This document shows positions 19,043 through 28,399 of a DNA stretch of 62,600 bases, piece after piece. Position 1 is the first letter of the stretch; every line of letters begins with the position of its first letter. The notes under the pieces are model-generated. The model did not search any database, was not told the DNA's origin, and was given only the letters and a program-made list of their open reading frames with translations. Origin of the DNA: a virus (lineage: Duplodnaviria > Caudoviricetes); the IMG/VR virus record IMGVR_UViG_3300006793_005371, positions 1 through 62,600 of that record. One strand, 5' to 3'. The translations under genes and the position numbers were made by a program.

Positions 19043-20320
19043 ATGCCAGATAATAAAAATCTGCAATGTAGTTTTTGCGGAAAAAATAGAGACAACGTAG
19101 ACAAACTTATTGCAGGTCCAAATGTTTACATTTGCAATGAATGTATCATATTGAGTTACGATATTGTAGTTTCAGCAGGTGAAACAAATGAAAATTCATT
19201 AAAGTTAGAGGACCTTCCTAATCCACAAGATATTAAACAGTTTCTAGATTCACATATAATTGCACATAACGATACCAAAGAACTGTTATCAGTTAGTGCT
19301 TATAATCATTATAAAAGAATACTAGGACAGACATCAATTGAAATAGATAAAACAAATGTACTATTAGTTGGTCCAACAGGAACAGGTAAAACATTGTTTG
19401 CTAAAACACTTGCTAAAAAATTACAAGTACCGTTCGCTATTGCTGATGCAACTACACTAACTGAAGCAGGATACGTTGGGGAAGACGTAGAGAGCGTCTT
19501 AGAGCGTCTGCTGAGCATTGCTGACTGGGACCTCGATAAAGCACAAAAGGGTATAGTTTACATAGACGAGATAGATAAAAAGGCCCGTAAGAGCGAATCT
19601 AACTCCTCTACACGCGATGTTAGTGGTGAGGGAGTACAACAAGCACTCTTAAGACTGATAGAAGGTACTATAGTTAAGATTAAAACAAGTAAGTCTAATA
19701 CTAAGTTTCAAGACAGCACAATAGAATTTGATACAAAAGACGTATTGTTTATATTAGGTGGTGCGTTTGTAGGACTAGACAAAATTGTTTCTAAAAACAT
19801 AACTAAAAATTCTCAAATAGGATTTGGCTCCAAACTTATTACAACCGAAGAAAAGAATACTATACTCAATCAAACAACACCTCAAGACATTGTACAATAT
19901 GGTCTTATACCTGAACTAGTTGGTAGGGTACCTGTTATAGCAGTACTTGAGGAATTAAACCAACAACATTTACGACAAATATTAGATACAGTTGATAACA
20001 ATATTGTTGATCAATACAAAGAACTTATAAGTCTTGATGATATAAATCTTAACATAGGTAAAGAGTATTTAGACGAAGTGGCAAAGATTGCCAGCAGGTC
20101 GGAGTTAGGTGCTAGAGGACTTAAGACGTTGATAGAGAATACATTATTGAGTATAATGTACAGGGCACCACTACTCAGAAAACAGGGTGTGAATGAGATA
20201 GAGTTTCATAAATATCCAGTAGAAGAACAAAATTTTCCATTATTAAAATACGATAATGGACAAACAGTGATAGACACTAACTATAGAATATACCGAGGAA
20301 TATATGGCAAACAAAAATAA
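19043..20320 (+). CDS. clpX: ATP-dependent Clp protease ATPase ClpX
   Basis: CSFCGK zinc finger, [48 protein letters not shown]. Confidence 0.97.
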   Translation: MPDNKNLQCSFCGKNRDNVDKLIAGPNVYICNECIILSYDIVVSAGETNENSLKLEDLPNPQDIKQFLDSHIIAHNDTKELLSVSAYNHYKRILGQTSIEIDKTNVLLVGPTGTGKTLFAKTLAKKLQVPFAIADATTLTEAGYVGEDVESVLERLLSIADWDLDKAQKGIVYIDEIDKKARKSESNSSTRDVSGEGVQQALLRLIEGTIVKIKTSKSNTKFQDSTIEFDTKDVLFILGGAFVGLDKIVSKNITKNSQIGFGSKLITTEEKNTILNQTTPQDIVQYGLIPELVGRVPVIAVLEELNQQHLRQILDTVDNNIVDQYKELISLDDINLNIGKEYLDEVAKIASRSELGARGLKTLIENTLLSIMYRAPLLRKQGVNEIEFHKYPVEEQNFPLLKYDNGQTVIDTNYRIYRGIYGKQK

Positions 20321-20729
20321 CTGGGGCAAGAACACCGGGAACAACTTTAAAAAGTCGTTCAATAATAAGAAAGGTCCTAGAAAAGAAGAGAACTTTTTAG
20401 ATAAGTTCAAGGGTGCTAGTGTTGAAGTTAGAAACGGTGATGTTAATGGTGCTATCAGAAAACTAAAGAAAATTTTAGAAAATGCAGATAGGCAAAAAGA
20501 ATTAGCAAAACGAGAGTTTTACGAAAAGCCTAGTGCTAAACGTAAAAGACGAAAAGATGCCGCAATCAAAAGAACACAACGAGAAGAGAACAAAAAAATC
20601 TACTCAGGTGAGGCACCACTACAAGAAGTATCAGGGTTTGCGTTTATGAAATCCAAACGTAAGAGAAGGAAGTATTCAGATAAGAAGTCTGCTGTTGATA
20701 GACATCTTAGATCATCCGGTTTACGATAA
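20304..20729 (+). CDS. rpsU: Ribosomal protein bS21 with N- and C-terminal basic extensions
   Basis: VEVRNGDVNGAIRKLKK...KREFYEKPSAKRKR. Confidence 0.88.
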   Translation: MANKNNWGKNTGNNFKKSFNNKKGPRKEENFLDKFKGASVEVRNGDVNGAIRKLKKILENADRQKELAKREFYEKPSAKRKRRKDAAIKRTQREENKKIYSGEAPLQEVSGFAFMKSKRKRRKYSDKKSAVDRHLRSSGLR

Positions 20730-21509
20730 ATGTCAAAGATCGTTGTAGTCAGCGGCGGCTTTGATCCATTACATAGTGGACACATTAATTTATTAGAGTC
20801 AGCATCAGCGTATGGTGAAAAACTTGTTGTTTTAGTAAACAGTGATGACTGGCTAACAAGAAAGAAAGGCAGACCTTTTATGCCTTTTGAAGAACGTGCT
20901 TTAATCCTACAACGTATGGACATGGTTGATAATGTGTACGGGGTAGACGATGCAGACGGAAGTGTAACCAAAGGCTTGATAGATGTCAGGAATGCATTCG
21001 GACAACATCACGAATATGTCTTTTGTAACGGAGGTGATAGAAAGAAAGACAACATTCCAGAAATGTCAGTTGAAGGTTACAGTTTCGAATTTGCAGTTGG
21101 TGGAGATAACAAAGCCAACAGCAGTAGTTGGATCTTGAAAGAGTGGAAGTATCCAACCGAGCGCCGTGTGTGGGGAGAGTTTTCAGACTTGTTCCAAGAC
21201 ACGGCAGTAAAAGTAAAAGAACTAATTATAGAACCAGGTAAAGGGATAAGTTATCAAAGACACTTTAAACGTAGTGAATCTTGGTTTATCAGCAAAGGCG
21301 AGTGTGAAATTAAATATTCCCCGGGAGAACCTGAGCATTTTACAATACATCAATTAAAAACTGATGATTCTTTTACAGTTAAACGTGGAGATTGGCATCA
21401 GGTAATAAATAAAACTGATGGACCATGTCATATTATAGAAATACAATATGGCGAAGAAACAACTGAAGACGATATTGAACGTCTTGAGTATTACGACGGA
21501 GAGAAATGA
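20730..21509 (+). CDS. Cytidylyltransferase fused to mannose-6-P isomerase-type cupin
   Basis: SGGFDPLHSGH, NGGDR, NSSS; ERRVWG, SYQRHFKRSESW, IIEIQYG, EDDIER. Confidence 0.88.
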   Translation: MSKIVVVSGGFDPLHSGHINLLESASAYGEKLVVLVNSDDWLTRKKGRPFMPFEERALILQRMDMVDNVYGVDDADGSVTKGLIDVRNAFGQHHEYVFCNGGDRKKDNIPEMSVEGYSFEFAVGGDNKANSSSWILKEWKYPTERRVWGEFSDLFQDTAVKVKELIIEPGKGISYQRHFKRSESWFISKGECEIKYSPGEPEHFTIHQLKTDDSFTVKRGDWHQVINKTDGPCHIIEIQYGEETTEDDIERLEYYDGEK

Positions 21510-21955
21510 GAGAATTAGGAATGACGTTATTAGGATGTCTAGCAATAAGTATGTTTTTTGTTGCTAAAGTATATCCAAATTTAGAATACACTGGAGCATC
21601 CAGCAATAGTAGTTGTACTGGACAATGCTATGTAGATTATGTAGCACTTAACGGTACACCATCTGAGATAGAACAACGCAAACAAGCATTGGCTAACTTA
21701 GACGAGTTTAGTGACATCAGAAGTTTATGGGCAGGTTGTGCCGCATGTCACGGACAGGCAGGTGAAGGTATGGCAGTATTCCCAAAACTTGCTGGACAAA
21801 GTTCAGCATATATTGTGGACAGACTTAACACTTACAAGAACAGAGGACAAGTAGGTGCAATGAGTTCCACTATGTGGGCACAGGCCGGCATGTTGTCTGA
21901 TAAAGATATAGAAACAATAGGTAAGTTTATAGAAGCAGGCTTACCGGGAAAATAA
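21506..21955 (+). CDS. Membrane-anchored c-type cytochrome (c4/c553-like)
   Basis: CAACHG heme motif, FPKLAGQ, distal Met; N-terminal TM. Confidence 0.9.
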   Translation: MRELGMTLLGCLAISMFFVAKVYPNLEYTGASSNSSCTGQCYVDYVALNGTPSEIEQRKQALANLDEFSDIRSLWAGCAACHGQAGEGMAVFPKLAGQSSAYIVDRLNTYKNRGQVGAMSSTMWAQAGMLSDKDIETIGKFIEAGLPGK

Positions 21956-21961
21956 GGATAC

Positions 21962-22402
21962 ATGGAATTGAGAGACCTGAATACAACCGCAGTATGCGAT
22001 ATACTAAATAAAATAGTAGAGTTAGAAATGGCTGGAGTAGTTAGATATGCTCATAGTTCATTAATGATTACAGGGCCTAACAGAATTCCTATTGTGGCAT
22101 TCCTGCAAGAACAAGCAAACGAAAGTTTAGCACACGCCTTACAAGCAGGTGAATACATCACAGGCTTTGGTGGACACCCAAGTCAAAAAATTGCACACAT
22201 TGAAGAAAATCATGATCATAGTGTGTTACAGATATTGCAAGAAAGTTTAGATCACGAAGTGTCAGCAGTTGAAATGTATAAAAAGTTATTGACAGAAGTT
22301 GCTGATGCAAGTATAATGTTAGAAGAATATGCAAGAGGCCAAATTGGAATGGAAGAGCAACATGCTCTAGAAATTCGTAAAATGCTAAAAGACTTCGGAT
22401 AA
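21962..22402 (+). CDS. bfr: Bacterioferritin / ferritin-like protein
   Basis: Ferroxidase pattern E...ESLAHA...E...EEQH. Confidence 0.85.
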   Translation: MELRDLNTTAVCDILNKIVELEMAGVVRYAHSSLMITGPNRIPIVAFLQEQANESLAHALQAGEYITGFGGHPSQKIAHIEENHDHSVLQILQESLDHEVSAVEMYKKLLTEVADASIMLEEYARGQIGMEEQHALEIRKMLKDFG

Positions 22403-22403
22403 C

Positions 22404-23675
22404 ATGGATCATAAACAACATAGAGATATAACAGCAACAATAGACACCAAGGCCCAGCCTACTGGGGATAGAATTTACATGGACTATGCTTCTACTACAC
22501 CTTGCGATAAACGTGTAGTTGAATCTATGGTTAAGTACATGACTGAAGATGGAGAGTTTGGTAACCCAGCAAGTAGAAGTCACAGTTTTGGTTGGACAGC
22601 AGATGAGGCCGTTGAAACTGCTAGAAAGAATGTAGCAGACTTAATTGGTGCAGATCCTAAAGAAATAATTTTTACTAGTGGAGCCACTGAAGCAGATAAT
22701 CTTGCTGTTAAAGGTATAGCACAATTTTATGAAACTAATGGCAAACACATTATAACCAGTAAAATAGAACATAAAGCAGTATTAGATCCTTGCAGAGAAT
22801 TAGAACGCCAAGGCTTTGAAGTTACATACTTAGATCCTAATGAAGATGGTATAGTTACAGCACAAATGGTTATAGATGCTGTTAGAGACGATACTATACT
22901 TGTTAGCATTATGTATATCAATAATGAGATGGGCACAATCAATGATATTGAAGGGATTGGTGCGTTTTGTTTTGAAAATAAAATTATGTTTCATGTTGAT
23001 GCCGCACAGGCAACTGGTAAAATAGACTTCAACTTACAAGAACTGCCAGTACACGCAATGAGTTTATCTGCTCATAAAACATACGGTCCAAAAGGTATTG
23101 GTGCATTGTATGTTAGAAAAAAGCCAAGAGTAAGATTAAGAGGACAAATACACGGTGGTGGACACGAAAGAGGTATGCGGTCCGGAACATTACCTACACA
23201 TCAAATTGTAGGAATGGGTGAAGCATTTAAGTATGCTAGGCTTGAAATGGAAGAAAATAAACAACATGTTAAAATGTTGCATGATAGATTACTAGAAAAA
23301 CTTATAGGTATAGAAGAAACATATATTAATGGCTCATTAGATCACAAAGTACCAAACATACTCAACATAAGTTTTAACTTTGTAGAAGGCGAGTCTTTGA
23401 TTATGGCACTAGACAACGTTGCTGTAAGCAGTGGTAGTGCATGTACAAGTGCTAGTTTAGAGCCCAGTTATGTACTTAGAGCTATTGGCAGAGATGACGA
23501 ATTAGCACACAGTAGTATTAGGTTTAGTTTTGGAAGAACAACTACTGTAGAAGAAGTTGATAGTGTTGCCGAAACAATGCTCAATGTTATTGAAAAACTT
23601 AGAATACTATCACCTTTATGGGATATGTATTTAGACGGTGTTGATTTTAGTAAAGTTAAATGGAACGCACACTAA
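22404..23675 (+). CDS. iscS: Cysteine desulfurase IscS
   Basis: [47 protein letters not shown]. Confidence 0.97.
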   Translation: MDHKQHRDITATIDTKAQPTGDRIYMDYASTTPCDKRVVESMVKYMTEDGEFGNPASRSHSFGWTADEAVETARKNVADLIGADPKEIIFTSGATEADNLAVKGIAQFYETNGKHIITSKIEHKAVLDPCRELERQGFEVTYLDPNEDGIVTAQMVIDAVRDDTILVSIMYINNEMGTINDIEGIGAFCFENKIMFHVDAAQATGKIDFNLQELPVHAMSLSAHKTYGPKGIGALYVRKKPRVRLRGQIHGGGHERGMRSGTLPTHQIVGMGEAFKYARLEMEENKQHVKMLHDRLLEKLIGIEETYINGSLDHKVPNILNISFNFVEGESLIMALDNVAVSSGSACTSASLEPSYVLRAIGRDDELAHSSIRFSFGRTTTVEEVDSVAETMLNVIEKLRILSPLWDMYLDGVDFSKVKWNAH

Positions 23676-23690
23676 TAGATAAATATTATT

Positions 23691-24119
23691 ATGGCATATT
23701 CAAATAAAGTTGTAGACAGATTTAAAAATGTACTTCATAATCCTGAAGCACATGGTGTTGGTAGGTTTGATCCAAAAGATCCAAATGTTGCTACTGGCAT
23801 GACTGGCGCACCAGCATGTGGTGACGTAATGAAGTTGGACTTGAAAATTAATCCTGACACAGATGTTATTGAAGATGTAAAATTCAAAACATATGGTTGT
23901 GGTAGTGCTATTGCAAGTTCGACTATGTTTGTTGAAATGCTTAAAGGCATGACAATCGAACAAGCACAACAAGTCAAGGACAAAGACATAGCAGATGCCT
24001 TAGAACTTCCTGCATTGAAACTACATTGTTCAATTCTAGCAGAAGAGTCAATCAAAGAAGCCATTGAAAATTGGGGCGAAAAGAAAACACATCGCCTCCA
24101 CAACAATCCCCCAAAATAA
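23691..24119 (+). CDS. iscU: Fe-S scaffold IscU
   Basis: GAPACGDVMKL, FKTYGCGSAIASS, KLHCSILAE. Confidence 0.97.
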   Translation: MAYSNKVVDRFKNVLHNPEAHGVGRFDPKDPNVATGMTGAPACGDVMKLDLKINPDTDVIEDVKFKTYGCGSAIASSTMFVEMLKGMTIEQAQQVKDKDIADALELPALKLHCSILAEESIKEAIENWGEKKTHRLHNNPPK

Positions 24120-24225
24120 AAATAGACTAAAACGAACCTGTTTACTTAACATATCTGTTATCCTGTCATAAATATCGTTTATAAAATGATATAACAATTC
24201 TGTATATCATAAACCTTGGGTTTTC

Positions 24226-24351
24226 ATGTCACGAGTTATTTGTATGTCAGTACTCTTATTCGCTCTTCAGTATGATGTTGCAGGAGTGAATCGTGCTCTA
24301 CGAGATTTAGAACAACGTGGTCATGAAACTCGATTATTTGTAATATGTTAA
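24226..24351 (+). CDS. Small hypothetical protein (41 aa)
   Basis: MSRVICMSVLLFALQYD..., first of four coupled small ORFs; manual translation. Confidence 0.4.
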   Translation: MSRVICMSVLLFALQYDVAGVNRALRDLEQRGHETRLFVIC

Positions 24352-24443
24352 ATTTAGAAAAATTAAAAGAGAACTTAGAAGTTTTTACATTAGCATTAAC
24401 TTTCTTTGTTAGTATATTAGCACTCACGCCTACAGGATTATAA
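24345..24443 (+). CDS. Small membrane peptide (32 aa)
   Basis: MLNLEKLKENLEVFTLALTFFVSILALTPTGL. Confidence 0.5.
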   Translation: MLNLEKLKENLEVFTLALTFFVSILALTPTGL

Positions 24444-24444
24444 T

Positions 24445-24624
24445 ATGAGATATGAAGTACGTGATGCAACTCCAGAAGAAGCAATAGCCTGGAGAGAAGA
24501 AGATTATTGGAACCGAATGGATTTTAATCCATTGGTGATGTTTGTGGTAATACCAGCAGTAGTTCAATTATTAGTATTTGGAATGATGTTGGCTGTGATG
24601 GGCTTAAATCAAATAATATTTTGA
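24445..24624 (+). CDS. Small membrane protein (59 aa)
   Basis: MRYEVRDATPEE...NPLVMFVVIPAVVQLLVFGMMLAVM. Confidence 0.6.
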   Translation: MRYEVRDATPEEAIAWREEDYWNRMDFNPLVMFVVIPAVVQLLVFGMMLAVMGLNQIIF

Positions 24625-24782
24625 TTAAAGAAGCAATTAGTGCCGTACTTGGCGTCGGCAAAAAACGAGAGCCTGAGAATATTAGCCCTGGCGGAATACT
24701 GTTCTTTGCACTCCTTGTCGCTATTATTTTTTTAGGGACAGTATCATTATTAATGTTTACTGTTTCTATTCTAATAAAATAA
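24621..24782 (+). CDS. Small membrane protein, DUF2970-like (53 aa, TTG start)
   Basis: IKEAISAVLGVGKKRE followed by TM helix. Confidence 0.5.
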   Translation: MIKEAISAVLGVGKKREPENISPGGILFFALLVAIIFLGTVSLLMFTVSILIK

Positions 24783-24785
24783 TAC

Positions 24786-24837
24786 TTGACAAACACTAAA
24801 CTCCTGTTATACTATTTGCTGTAACAGGAGTTTTTTT
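24786..24837 (+). promoter_or_regulatory. sigma70 promoter overlapped by terminator-like hairpin containing the RBS
   Basis: TTGACA-N16-TATACT; 12-bp stem AAACTCCTGTTA/TAACAGGAGTTT then T run. Confidence 0.7.
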
Positions 24838-25290
24838 ATGACTATGCATTTGCAACAAGGTTTGAGTACCATAAACACTCGTAAAACACGCAAGTTGCCT
24901 AAGATGACTAAGGCTAAAATGGCTGAGCTTGAACTAAGGTGGCGCAAACATAACAAACATTGTAAACGCAATAACATGCATGCCTTTAGGTACGAGACAC
25001 TAGATCAGTACATAGAGTATTGTTACGGTTTACAGCCTAAGAAAGATGTCAGGGCAGATAGGACACATTACAGACCTCAGAAGTCATATGCACAACAACG
25101 CATAGAAGAGTTTAATGCTAAATATCCTATGAGTGGGTCTATGCCGACTAGTAGCAAAGGTGACGGTGAGAATGCAGAGTGGCAGAGAGAAAAACAAAAG
25201 ATTAGTTCTACATACACTATTGCACCAGCATACAATAAAGGTGCATATCAAGTAGTACCCAAAAACGAAGTTAAGCACATAGGAAAATAA
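24838..25290 (+). CDS. Hypothetical T4-like phage protein
   Basis: C-terminal YTIAPAYNKGAYQVV motif. Confidence 0.7.
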   Translation: MTMHLQQGLSTINTRKTRKLPKMTKAKMAELELRWRKHNKHCKRNNMHAFRYETLDQYIEYCYGLQPKKDVRADRTHYRPQKSYAQQRIEEFNAKYPMSGSMPTSSKGDGENAEWQREKQKISSTYTIAPAYNKGAYQVVPKNEVKHIGK

Positions 25291-25448
25291 TGAACGCAAC
25301 TACAACAGAAAAAATAATTATAATTTTACTGATAGCAATAATAATTGCTGGAGGCTATATCTCAGGCAAAGCAAACAGGACACTAGATACATTCCAAGAA
25401 ATGTATTATGATGCTCCTGTTACTGTAGATACAGAAAATTTAGCATGA
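25290..25448 (+). CDS. Small membrane protein (52 aa)
   Basis: TAATG coupling; IIIILLIAIIIAGG TM. Confidence 0.55.
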   Translation: MNATTTEKIIIILLIAIIIAGGYISGKANRTLDTFQEMYYDAPVTVDTENLA

Positions 25449-25618
25449 GGCAATTACCATGTTCAACATGTGGTAAAATAGTTGACTTAAATAATGTTAA
25501 ATACTATACTGCTGATCAGGAGCATGTTTTCTGTGATGCATATTGTAGCAACGAATGGTATTCTAAAACATTCGAAAAGTTAAATGCTAAAAAGGATCAA
25601 ACGGAAAATGACAAGTAA
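25445..25618 (+). CDS. Small TRASH/FCS-type zinc-finger protein (57 aa)
   Basis: CSTCGK...FCDAYC; ATGA coupling. Confidence 0.6.
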   Translation: MRQLPCSTCGKIVDLNNVKYYTADQEHVFCDAYCSNEWYSKTFEKLNAKKDQTENDK

Positions 25619-25787
25619 GAATGACATAACTGGAGACAGTATAAAGTCAAAAATAAGCAAGGACCAAGACAAGTACGCAGATAGTTGGGAACGCATTTGG
25701 GGTAAGAAAAAAGAACACAAAGGTTCAAACGGAACTGATAGGAATCCACCAAGTGGAACAGAGAATTATGAAAAACAAGAAAGGTAA
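25608..25787 (+). CDS. Small hypothetical phage protein
   Basis: KNDITGDSIKSK...YADSWERIWG. Confidence 0.6.
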   Translation: MTSKNDITGDSIKSKISKDQDKYADSWERIWGKKKEHKGSNGTDRNPPSGTENYEKQER

Positions 25788-26088
25788 TACATTTCATCCA
25801 GAAGAGATTGCTAACAGTAATAGAATTTATAAAAGTGCAACACCTAAGTATGATGCAAGTTGGTATATCAAATGGATAGCCAGTTGTTTTATACTGTCAA
25901 GTATGAGTTTGCGAGGCATTGATGGTTTGCAGTTTTATGATCTTGTATTAAGTTTAGTTGGTGTAACAGGATGGATGATTGTAGGTATACTTTGGAAAGA
26001 TAGAGCATTAATGCTTTTAAATGGCGTAGGCATAATGCTTTTTGCTAGAACATTATTTAGGGATTATATAGGTCCGTGGATGTTATGA
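25768..26088 (+). CDS. Membrane protein, DUF6552-like
   Basis: WYIKWIAS...GWMIVGILWKDRALMLLN. Confidence 0.6.
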   Translation: MKNKKGNTFHPEEIANSNRIYKSATPKYDASWYIKWIASCFILSSMSLRGIDGLQFYDLVLSLVGVTGWMIVGILWKDRALMLLNGVGIMLFARTLFRDYIGPWML

Positions 26089-26504
26089 GTGAGATGAGTA
26101 AGGTGGAACAAGAAGTAGTAGAATCTAAATTAAGTTCTGACGTACAGGAGCAATTTAAAGACAGTACAATGAGTCGTGCTGGACGTCTTGCTCTAGAATT
26201 AAATGCTGAACGTAAACGTCTCAAAGAAGAGATGGATGTACTACAAACTGAAGTTGATGACTTAAAACCTGCAACACCAACAGGAACAGTTGACAGTTAT
26301 GTAAAATGGGTAGCAACTGTGTTTGGAGTATTAGGTGTGTTTATAATGAGTGCAGGCTTTAGTACAATAGGACAAATTGCATATTTATTAGCCGCCATAT
26401 CCTGGGTGTATGTAGGACATTGCTGGAACGACAAAGCAATTATGATTGGTAGTGCTATAAGTGGTACGGCAGTTATGATGAACTTAGTAAAGGTAATAGT
26501 GTAA
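26085..26504 (+). CDS. Membrane protein, paralog of upstream gene
   Basis: YVKWVAT...WVYVGHCWNDKAIM. Confidence 0.6.
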   Translation: MSEMSKVEQEVVESKLSSDVQEQFKDSTMSRAGRLALELNAERKRLKEEMDVLQTEVDDLKPATPTGTVDSYVKWVATVFGVLGVFIMSAGFSTIGQIAYLLAAISWVYVGHCWNDKAIMIGSAISGTAVMMNLVKVIV

Positions 26505-26704
26505 TGGAAACTGAAACTTACAAAGCATTAACAGTACATGAATTTCATTCTTTTGTAATGAGACAATTTAATGTAGGCCTACTTGATGAGCGTACTAAAA
26601 ACTTTAGATTAGAACAGTATCATACATTTGTAAATGCTGAAGGAAACATCTACATACATGTTAGCGAGTTTGAAAAGTTAGAGAAGTATGAAAACAAGAG
26701 TTAA
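26504..26704 (+). CDS. Hypothetical protein
   Basis: TAATG-coupled ORF. Confidence 0.5.
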   Translation: METETYKALTVHEFHSFVMRQFNVGLLDERTKNFRLEQYHTFVNAEGNIYIHVSEFEKLEKYENKS

Positions 26705-26966
26705 AATACTTGATGCCCGATATAACGATTCTGTAGAAGATTGGATATTAGATGATATGGTACAATCTACATTGCGACCTTTCTTTAAATGGCAAAGTTC
26801 TAATAAGGAAGTTAATGTAGAGTTTGTGCGTACCTGGGACGTTGACGGCTACACGCCTAAAATTATAATAGAAGCACAATTTAACCAACCCACTGACGCA
26901 GGCCTATTTGAACTAAGTTTTAATGATTTACCACTGGAATCACTAAGATCTTTTAGTTTTTCTTAA
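26688..26966 (+). CDS. Hypothetical protein
   Basis: ORF in gene run. Confidence 0.55.
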   Translation: MKTRVKILDARYNDSVEDWILDDMVQSTLRPFFKWQSSNKEVNVEFVRTWDVDGYTPKIIIEAQFNQPTDAGLFELSFNDLPLESLRSFSFS

Positions 26967-27027
26967 AAATAGTCTATTTTTTACCCAAAAAGTACCATAT
27001 TATTAACACCAGAAGATAAATATCTTT

Positions 27028-27535
27028 GCAGAAAAGAACTACAAGGGCAATTGAAACGTAAGTAACAAAAGTCTACTGTAGAACTTAGAAGCAGTTAGGA
27101 AGAAAGAATTTCTAATACAAGGTAAGTGAATCGTAAGTGAAACAAACCGAATGATTGGTCAGGACGACTAACTAACTTAAAGGGAAGTTAAATCTTCAAA
27201 AGAGCTCGGTATTAAGTTACTGTACAGCTCGGGTTTAACAGACCAAGTTTAGAAATAAACAAAATTGATTGTATTACGATCAGATATGTTCCGCAGTAAT
27301 GTATAGCATATCACAGATAAGAGAGAGAATCAAATTCAAGTAGACGCTCTGATACAAATCACCCTAGACATAGGTGTAGAAATACATAAATGCTTTAGGT
27401 TTTTGGGGTAACCAACAAACGGCTTTAGATGGCAACACTTAAAGACACGAAGAAGTTTACCAAGTAGAACAGAGGAACAGGACACACACTAACGAATGCT
27501 CCTCTGATCCGCGAACTTTTTATTCGCCAATAGGG
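27028..27535 (+). ncRNA. Candidate large (~500 nt) highly structured ncRNA
   Basis: 600-nt gap without plus-strand ORF, TAAATA at 27017-27022, more than ten hairpins, GNRA loops, long-range GTCTACT/AGTAGAC. Confidence 0.65.
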
Positions 27536-27575
27536 TTTAAAAAGTATTATAACTTGCTTAATAAAGGAGAAAACA

Positions 27576-28034
27576 ATGACAAAGCAATTACGATTCACAT
27601 CTGAATCATTATCCCCACTATATAAAATGAGCATCGGTTTTGATAGACTAGCAGACCAGTTTTTCAATGACCCATCATTTGCTACTGCACAAACAGGTTA
27701 CCCACCTTTCAACATTACAAAACAAATGGTTGAAGGACAAGAAGAGCCGTTGTATGCTATTACCCTAGCAGTTGCAGGATTTACAAAGAAGGACATAGAC
27801 ATCTCAATTGAAGATGGTACTCTTAAAGTTGAAGGAAAAACCAACATTATAGATACTGACGAATCAGTTGAATTTTTACACAAAGGCATTGCTGAAAGGA
27901 ACTTTACAAGAACTTTCAAACTTGCTGATTATGTAGAAGTAGAAAGTGCCAAACTAGAAGATGGCATACTAAGGGTTAATTTGTTTAGGAACGTGCCAGA
28001 GGCAATGAAACCTAAAACAATTGACATTTCCTAA
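27576..28034 (+). CDS. Small heat-shock protein Hsp20 (IbpA-like)
   Basis: IGFDRL, GYPPFNI, LAVAGF, FLHKGIAERNFTRTF, LEDGIL. Confidence 0.95.
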   Translation: MTKQLRFTSESLSPLYKMSIGFDRLADQFFNDPSFATAQTGYPPFNITKQMVEGQEEPLYAITLAVAGFTKKDIDISIEDGTLKVEGKTNIIDTDESVEFLHKGIAERNFTRTFKLADYVEVESAKLEDGILRVNLFRNVPEAMKPKTIDIS

Positions 28035-28049
28035 AACTGTAACGTAGTT

Positions 28050-28076
28050 GGGCGGCTACCAAAAGATAGTCGCCTG
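28050..28076 (+). terminator. Hairpin after hsp20
   Basis: GGGCGGCTA...TAGTCGCCT; no T tract. Confidence 0.4.
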
Positions 28077-28102
28077 ACACTATCACATATATAAATAGAT
28101 GT

Positions 28103-28399
28103 ATGGCACAAACTAAAACAGAACAGCGAACAGCAACGGAGATAACATTTCCTAAAAGATATAATGTTATTTTCCTCAATGACGACTTTACTCCTATGCC
28201 GTTTGTTATACATTTGCTTATTGAAGTATTCAATAAGGACATTGAAGAAGCACAGGATATAACTGTACAAATTCATGAGTCAGGTAAAAGTATAGTCGCA
28301 ACTTATTCATTAGAGATAGCCGAACAAAAAGTACATGAAGCAACGGTTGTATCTCGTCACGCAGGACATCCTTTACAGATTATTACAGAAGAACTATAG
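28103..28399 (+). CDS. clpS: ClpS adaptor
   Basis: YNVIFLNDDFTPMPFV, IHESGK, EIAEQK, HPL. Confidence 0.95.
   Translation: MAQTKTEQRTATEITFPKRYNVIFLNDDFTPMPFVIHLLIEVFNKDIEEAQDITVQIHESGKSIVATYSLEIAEQKVHEATVVSRHAGHPLQIITEEL

Noticed and set aside
27028-27535. tmRNA, RNase P or group I intron
   Set aside because: No tRNA-like ends or T-loop, no RNase P GAGGAAAGUC, ACGACTA has no downstream TAGTC partner, and flanking genes are unrelated and complete
27425-27667. Minus-strand 80-aa ORF
   Set aside because: Antisense to hsp20 start; no motifs
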